In this document: piece by piece, positions 1 to 4,854 of the stretch
How positions within the stretch are numbered: position 1 is the first letter of the stretch
Layout of the letters: each line of letters opens with the position of its first letter
NCBI GenBank assembly: GCA_050246815.1
Contig: JBFWVI010000079.1
Span: 1-10,384 of the forward strand
Origin: Bdellovibrionales bacterium
GTDB taxonomy: Bacteria; Bdellovibrionota; Bdellovibrionia; Bdellovibrionales; UBA1609
Length of the DNA: 10,384 bases
Direction: 5' to 3'
Notes under the pieces: model-generated
The model's input: the letters and a program-made list of their open reading frames with translations, nothing else
Told to the model about the DNA's origin: nothing
Database searches by the model: none
Position numbers and translations under genes: made by a program

Positions 1-106
1 TCGAGGGGCAGATGCGGCCAGAAGGGGCACCATTGCCGCCCGTGTCGCCGCAGCCTAAAACCGATAAAAGACTGATCAAAACTGTCAAGCGAATCAGCCA
101 ACCCAT
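1..106 (-). CDS. 5' fragment of a putative lipoprotein (runs off the left window edge; not in the ORF track)
   Basis: Manual translation from the ATG at 106 on the - strand gives MGWLIRLTVLISLLSVLGC GDTGGNGAPSGRICPS..., open to the edge. It has a short basic N-region, a hydrophobic stretch and a lipobox-like VLG|C (Cys19) followed by a Gly-rich tether. A Shine-Dalgarno GAGGTG lies at 116-111 with a promoter just upstream. Confidence 0.8.
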   Translation of the reverse strand, partial: MGWLIRLTVLISLLSVLGCGDTGGNGAPSGRICPS

Positions 107-127
107 TCCACACCTCAAAAGAGAGCC

Positions 128-157
128 TTTATACCACTGTTTAATGCAAAGTGTCAA
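128..157 (-). promoter_or_regulatory. sigma70-type promoter with extended -10 for the lipoprotein gene
   Basis: The - strand reads TTGACA (157-152, perfect -35), an 18-nt spacer ending TGG (TG at 136-135, extended -10), then TATAAA (133-128, 5/6 match to TATAAT). The RBS and ATG follow within about 25 nt. Confidence 0.75.
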
Positions 158-174
158 AACTATGTAAAAATTAC

Positions 175-666
175 CTACTCGTTTGTGGCTGGCTTCACCA
201 GCTCCAAGCGACGCGTGTCTGGATCTAGCCGCAAGGTATTCAGGTGAGCAACCAATTTGTCATCAAAAGATGGCGCAATGATCTCGGGTTTGCCGTCCCC
301 ATCCACGTCCACCAGGGCTAGGCGTGTGGCCTGACTGTTGAGCGAGAAAAAGCCATCGTGCCGATCTGGAATGAAGATCTTATCGACAAGGGTAAAGGGT
401 TTTAAGGCATCGGGTTGCGCCGCATGCACTTCCACCACCAGGCCGCGGGCCGTGGCGAACTTAAGGATTTTCAGCTCTTGCCCGTCGCCAAGCAGGTCAC
501 CGCTGACAGTGGCCAGAAGCTCTTTTTTTTCAGGCATAAAATACGCCTGCACGCGCACGCGCCACTCCGGATGCAACAAAATTGCGCTGACCATCAAGGT
601 CGCCATAATCAGAAGCGCCCAAAGTACGTGCCAAGGCCATTTTTTTTCAGCAAACGAGTCACTCAT
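175..666 (-). CDS. hypothetical protein with one N-terminal membrane anchor and FG-GAP/VCBS-like DxDGDG loops
   Basis: 163-aa ORF co-oriented with the cluster. A hydrophobic helix (WPWHVLWALLIMATLMVSAILLH) is followed by a beta-rich soluble part containing GDLLGDG and LVDVDGDGKPEII. Confidence 0.75.
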   Translation of the reverse strand: MSDSFAEKKWPWHVLWALLIMATLMVSAILLHPEWRVRVQAYFMPEKKELLATVSGDLLGDGQELKILKFATARGLVVEVHAAQPDALKPFTLVDKIFIPDRHDGFFSLNSQATRLALVDVDGDGKPEIIAPSFDDKLVAHLNTLRLDPDTRRLELVKPATNE

Positions 667-691
667 GGGATCTTATTGTGACGGATAATCG

Positions 692-716
692 GCGCAAACG
701 GAAGTCTTCCGCGCGC
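692..716 (-). other. small imperfect GC-rich hairpin directly after the pgeF stop
   Basis: The - strand reads GCGC-G-CGGAA-GAC-TTCCG-TTT-GCGC. There is no U-tract after the outer stem, so it is not a convincing intrinsic terminator. Confidence 0.3.
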
Positions 717-1402
717 TAAAGCCTTGCAACAAAGCTGTATTGACGCGCATCCGGGCTCTTGCCACGGCGAAAGGAGTGAAACATGGGCGAAGAAAAGGTG
801 CTCTCGCGTGAAACCTCAAGGGGGATCATGGCGCCCAAGACCGAGCGCAATTGCGCCGCCGCGATCTGGCCCAAGTTGACCCGCCGCTTCGAGGCCTCAG
901 GATGGGGCAAAACTGGCAAAGGGCCATTGGGCACGACTTCCTTGTAGCGCTGGATCAGTTGATTGGCCACATCCAGCCCCACTTCAAAATCGGGAGCCTG
1001 AATGTGCGGCCCAACCAAAACGCAATCAAGTTGGCATTTGTTTTCTTGCACAAAGCGGGCGCACCTGATCAAGAGGTTATTTTCAACGCCGCGCCAGCCG
1101 GCATGAGCCGCGACGATCAATTTGTCTGTTCCAAACAACACCGGCAGGCAGTCGGCGGTTTGAATCACAAGACCCAGGCGAGTTTGTTTGGTCCAATGGG
1201 CATCGGCCGTTTGAGTTTCGGGTTGCGATTCCACCAGGGCATCGCCGTGCACTTGTTTTAAAAAACGAAATTCATATTGTGGATAGATGTCGCGTAAAAT
1301 TTCACGTGTGCAGGCTGCAGTTCCGAAAAAATAATGAAAATTGTCGCGAATAAGCTCTGAGCCATAAACTTGGTTCTTAAACAAAACCCTTTGACCGATC
1401 AC
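716..1402 (-). CDS. pgeF: peptidoglycan editing factor PgeF / YfiH (polyphenol-oxidase-like, purine nucleoside phosphorylase family)
   Basis: Motifs KQVHG, QTADCLPV, HAGWRG, GPxI..FEVG and FHSFRR, in the usual position downstream of rluD. I prefer the GTG at 1402 to the track's 1408 because it forms a GTGA overlap with the rluD stop and has GGAG 5 nt upstream. Confidence 0.93.
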   Translation of the reverse strand: MIGQRVLFKNQVYGSELIRDNFHYFFGTAACTREILRDIYPQYEFRFLKQVHGDALVESQPETQTADAHWTKQTRLGLVIQTADCLPVLFGTDKLIVAAHAGWRGVENNLLIRCARFVQENKCQLDCVLVGPHIQAPDFEVGLDVANQLIQRYKEVVPNGPLPVLPHPEASKRRVNLGQIAAAQLRSVLGAMIPLEVSRESTFSSPMFHSFRRGKSPDARQYSFVARL

Positions 1403-2385
1403 AACCACTCCAACAAGCTCAGCAGGTCCTTTAGATCATCAGGCCAAGGCGCCTTGAAAATCAAGGACTGCTGGGTGCGCGGGTGAACAAATCCCAGTTC
1501 AGCCGCGTGCAAGCCGATACGTCCCATGGGTTGGATGACCTGGCGCAGGGTTTCACTTTTGACTTTGGTCATTTGCGCTTTGGCGCCGTAAAGCCAATCG
1601 CCGATTAGCGGATGCCCCAGCTCGCTTAAGTGGATGCGAATTTGATGGGTGCGACCGGTTTCCAGGCGCACGCGCAGCAGACTCAACCCGAGTAAATGAC
1701 TTTTAATTAATGCGTAATGGGTTAAAGCGCGCTTGCCGCTGGGCTTTTGCCCGGGCCGCAGCTTTTCAGAGGCAAAACGCTTACGATCCGTTGGGTGGCG
1801 CCGTAAATAGGACTCGATCGTGCCTTGCGGTTTGACCGGCGTGCCATGTGCGATCGCCCAGTAAACACGGTGAATGGTGCGGGCCTTGAACTGTGCGGCC
1901 AAATGGGTTTGTGCTTGATCCGTTTTAGCCACCACCAAAACACCACTAGTGTCTTTGTCTAGGCGATGCACGATACCCGGGCGCTGCTCACCAAAGCCCA
2001 TCGCCAAGTCAGGTGTGTGATGAATCAAGGCGTTGACCAGGGTGTCTTGGGCATGCCCGGCGGCGGGGTGCACCACCAGTCCGGCAGGTTTGTTCACCAC
2101 GATCACCTCGGCGTCTTCATGCAAAATGTCTAATTTTAAATCGAGCGGCTTAAGGTCGGAGCTTTCAGGTTGTGGCAACTGCACGCGATAGGTTTCGCCC
2201 GCTTTGGTCAGCTGTGAGGCTTTGACCGTGCCACCGTTTTTGGTGATGCCGTGGGTTTCGATCAATTTGGCTGCGCGGGTACGAGAATTAATTTGCGGAT
2301 GCGTGGCTAACGCTTTGTCCAAGCGCAGCCCACTCAGTTCATCGGGCACGGTCCAATCAAAGCCAAGTGGTGATTTAGGACCCAA
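1399..2385 (-). CDS. rluD: RluA-family 23S rRNA pseudouridine synthase, RluD type
   Basis: N-terminal S4-like domain (RLDKALA..SRTRAAKLI), VNKPAGLVVHP, catalytic HRLDKDTSG, LETGRTHQIR, HPLIGDWLY and LHAAELGFVHP. The TTG start overlaps the upstream gene by 11 nt, so the exact start is uncertain. Confidence 0.95.
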   Translation of the reverse strand: MGPKSPLGFDWTVPDELSGLRLDKALATHPQINSRTRAAKLIETHGITKNGGTVKASQLTKAGETYRVQLPQPESSDLKPLDLKLDILHEDAEVIVVNKPAGLVVHPAAGHAQDTLVNALIHHTPDLAMGFGEQRPGIVHRLDKDTSGVLVVAKTDQAQTHLAAQFKARTIHRVYWAIAHGTPVKPQGTIESYLRRHPTDRKRFASEKLRPGQKPSGKRALTHYALIKSHLLGLSLLRVRLETGRTHQIRIHLSELGHPLIGDWLYGAKAQMTKVKSETLRQVIQPMGRIGLHAAELGFVHPRTQQSLIFKAPWPDDLKDLLSLLEWL

Positions 2386-3097
2386 CGTGTTTACGGAAGC
2401 TCTTCATGTAGGCATCCGCCAAACGGTCAGGAACACCCAGAGTGCGCGCGATTTGCAGCACAAAACCGCGAACAAAAACCGGGGCTGGCAATGCATCGTG
2501 GGCATTGTTTTCGATCGCTGCCAAATAACTTTTGCTGATGCGAGTGGCGTCGCTCAACTGCTCGAAGTTGACCTTTTTATACTGACGAACCTTTTGTACA
2601 AACGACCCGTCGCACTCTTCAACTGTGGCGAATTCGCTTTCTAAAGCTTTATTGATTTCGTAAATTCCAAAGCGGGTGCGGGCAAAGCCCTCGGGAAGTT
2701 CGTCGCGCAGGTTGGTCGATCGTGCGGGCTTCAGCGCGGCGCCCTCTTCACCCACGATGGTGGGTTTTGCATTGGTCGTCGGTGCGGGGCCCTGGCTGTA
2801 CGAGCTGGCCGGTGTCTTCTTGAGCAATTCAATAAAAGAAGGGTGGCCATTTCGAGCCAACTTCAAATCGTATTCGGTGCGTTTGGCCTGGTTGCTGAGC
2901 GTGGTGAAGGCCTCGTCGATCATTTTCAAAAGCTCGCGCGCCTCTTCGGTGGTGAACATGGTGTAAAGCGCGGGGCTTTCGGGTGAATAGGTTTCTTTGG
3001 CGCGATTGTAAGCGGCATGAATATCGCGGCTCGAAGCGGACGGATCGACTTCTAAAATCTCGTAGTAGTTGGATTCATCCCAGCGGTTAAGGCCCAT
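2375..3097 (-). CDS. J-domain-like (no HPD) plus C-terminal RodZ-type/XRE helix-turn-helix protein, soluble
   Basis: aa ~10-78 follow the DnaJ J-domain pattern (NYYEILEV..AS..DI..AY......Y[SPE]...I.EAF.TLS...KR.EYD). aa ~95-135 form a P/T/A/S-rich linker. aa ~163-222 follow the RodZ N-terminal HTH pattern (G..VQKVR....V.FEQLSDATRISKSYLAAIE.....LPAPVFVRGFV..IAR.LGV). No transmembrane segment is visible. Confidence 0.88.
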   Translation of the reverse strand: MGLNRWDESNYYEILEVDPSASSRDIHAAYNRAKETYSPESPALYTMFTTEEARELLKMIDEAFTTLSNQAKRTEYDLKLARNGHPSFIELLKKTPASSYSQGPAPTTNAKPTIVGEEGAALKPARSTNLRDELPEGFARTRFGIYEINKALESEFATVEECDGSFVQKVRQYKKVNFEQLSDATRISKSYLAAIENNAHDALPAPVFVRGFVLQIARTLGVPDRLADAYMKSFRKHVGS

Positions 3098-3101
3098 GAA
3101 A

Positions 3102-4094
3102 CTACAGTACCATAGCCCGTTTCTGGAGAGGAGAACTCAAACGTCTGGTGATGGCCATCATTTGAGCGTAGACCCGGCTATGGGGATACTCAGTCAGCAG
3201 GTGACGTCGCTTTCGAAGCGCCTGCCACACCGCATTGTCATATTCGATATGTCCTAAGTAGTTGAACGGCACGCCAAAGTATTTGGTGCAAACGCCTTGA
3301 ATCGACGGTCCTAGGTCGGCGTCTTTAAGGCTTCGCACTTGGTTTAAAATAATCTCACAGTTCAAATCACTCATCAATTTTTGTAGGCGCATGCCATTTT
3401 CCACATCTTTGGCGGCTATGGTTTTTAGCAGGTCCGACGGAGATCGCAAACCGAGTTTTGTTCGATTGCCCATCAACTCACCCATCAAATGACCCAGTTG
3501 CAACTGGTCTTCATAGCGACGGATCTTGCGATAAAAAGCGGCCTTTAAAAAGCGATAGGCGTTTTCGATGCTCGAGGGTTCTGGCGTGAATACCACCACC
3601 TTGTGCGAAGCCATCAAAAAGAAGTCCAAGGTGTTGTGGTGCGAACCCGCACTCAGATCCAGAACGATGAACTTTGACTTTAATTTATAAAGCGAAGACA
3701 TCAGGCGTGAGCGCTGAAAATCGTTGATATCGGCCATGTCGACTAAATCACTGCTTCCAGCGATCAGCTTCAAGTTGGGGTAGGCCGTTTGCACGGCGGT
3801 GTCGGCCAGGGTCAGCGAGGTGTCGGTTAAAAACTCATTGATGCCGATTTTGGGAAGGCCTTCACCCAAAGTGGTGTGCAGGTTGGCGCCACCCAAATCC
3901 AAATCCAATAAATAAGTTTCATGGCCCAGATTGGCCAAGAAAATGGCAATACTCGAACTGACAAAGGATTTGCCGATGCCACCTTTGCCGCCACCCACCG
4001 CGATGATTGTGGCCTCTGGAACAACATTCCCGCGCACGAACTGATATTTATTCGAGGGTGAATGTGACGCTGCCACTAACTTTGACCTTTCCAA
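3102..4094 (-). CDS. MinD/FlhG(FleN)-family P-loop ATPase
   Basis: Deviant Walker A GGKGGIGKS with the signature Lys, DLDLGGANLH, Walker B/switch II VLDLSAG, TPEPSSIENAY, ILNQV and YLGHIEYD. TTG start with SD-like AAGGTG overlapping the tsaB stop codon. Confidence 0.92.
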   Translation of the reverse strand: MERSKLVAASHSPSNKYQFVRGNVVPEATIIAVGGGKGGIGKSFVSSSIAIFLANLGHETYLLDLDLGGANLHTTLGEGLPKIGINEFLTDTSLTLADTAVQTAYPNLKLIAGSSDLVDMADINDFQRSRLMSSLYKLKSKFIVLDLSAGSHHNTLDFFLMASHKVVVFTPEPSSIENAYRFLKAAFYRKIRRYEDQLQLGHLMGELMGNRTKLGLRSPSDLLKTIAAKDVENGMRLQKLMSDLNCEIILNQVRSLKDADLGPSIQGVCTKYFGVPFNYLGHIEYDNAVWQALRKRRHLLTEYPHSRVYAQMMAITRRLSSPLQKRAMVL

Positions 4095-4106
4095 GCTGCA
4101 TACACC

Positions 4107-4835
4107 TTATCGTTGTCTTGTTGGCACGGGCTTTAAAAGACCCTGCCGCAACTTCTCTTCGGCTTCAGAGCCGCGAATATAAAGGGGTTTTACATTTTTC
4201 CAGGATTGCGGCTGAAGTTTTCGATCACCTTGGACAAAGATCGTGAACAGATTGCGCGCTTCGGGGAAACAGTTTTCTGACAATTGCACGCGGGCTTTTA
4301 GCTCGGCAGGCCATTGATCCAGAAATGGCACCCAACCGTCACCCACCACAACCAAAGGTCCAGTTGTCGTCAGGCGTTTTGGCAGGTCGGCCACTTGCAG
4401 GGCTTCGGGCGACCAGATTTCGCGCGCCAGACCTTGGTCTAGCTGATAGGCGGCGGCATAGACGATGTCGCGAAAGGCCTTCATCACCACCAAAACAGGG
4501 ATGCGACTTTGGCTTTGCGATTGGGCCCAAAGGTGAAGCGAATTGGTGGACCAGACCGGGCGCTGCAACGAGAAGCCCAAGGCTCGCGCCAAACTCACGC
4601 CCACACGAATGCCGGTGAAACTGCCCGGGCCTACTCCCACCAAAACACCGTCCAACTGGTGGAGCTCTTTTTGTGTATCGCGCAACAGATTTTGCAAAGT
4701 GACGGTCACCAGTTCGCTGTGGGACTTTTCGCGCTGCCAATGCTGCTCACCAAGCAATCGAATGCGTTGCTCGGTGAGTTCGGCCAAAGCCAGGGAACCC
4801 TGTGGGGATGAGGTGTCTAGGGCTAATAAAAGCAT
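4107..4835 (-). CDS. tsaB: tRNA threonylcarbamoyladenosine biosynthesis protein TsaB (YeaZ)
   Basis: LLALDTS, HSELV, VGVGPGSFTGIRVG and C-terminal PLYIR motifs; 242 aa. Confidence 0.93.
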   Translation of the reverse strand: MLLLALDTSSPQGSLALAELTEQRIRLLGEQHWQREKSHSELVTVTLQNLLRDTQKELHQLDGVLVGVGPGSFTGIRVGVSLARALGFSLQRPVWSTNSLHLWAQSQSQSRIPVLVVMKAFRDIVYAAAYQLDQGLAREIWSPEALQVADLPKRLTTTGPLVVVGDGWVPFLDQWPAELKARVQLSENCFPEARNLFTIFVQGDRKLQPQSWKNVKPLYIRGSEAEEKLRQGLLKPVPTRQR

Positions 4836-4854
4836 AGCCCCATGGTTTAGAGGA

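Noticed and set aside
523..647. Two A8 tracts on the coding strand (523-530 and 640-647) in the hypothetical gene as phase-variation or frameshift sites
   Set aside because: Both simply encode Glu-Lys-Lys (GAA AAA AAA), the ORF is intact, and I saw no stimulatory structure or meaningful alternative-frame product.
675..703. Possible leaderless promoter for the 163-aa gene (TTCCGT-N17-CACAAT, 8 nt before the ATG)
   Set aside because: Both boxes match consensus weakly, and read-through from pgeF explains expression equally well.
2375..3097. Calling this gene dnaJ or rodZ
   Set aside because: It has no HPD, G/F region, zinc finger or DnaJ C-terminal domain, and no transmembrane helix or periplasmic domain as in RodZ, so no symbol was assigned.
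3102..4094. Calling the ATPase minD, flhG, parA or mrp
   Set aside because: There is no minC/minE, flhF/fliA or parB neighbour, no Mrp CxxC motif and no clear membrane-targeting tail, and it carries a large insertion. Only a family-level call is supported.
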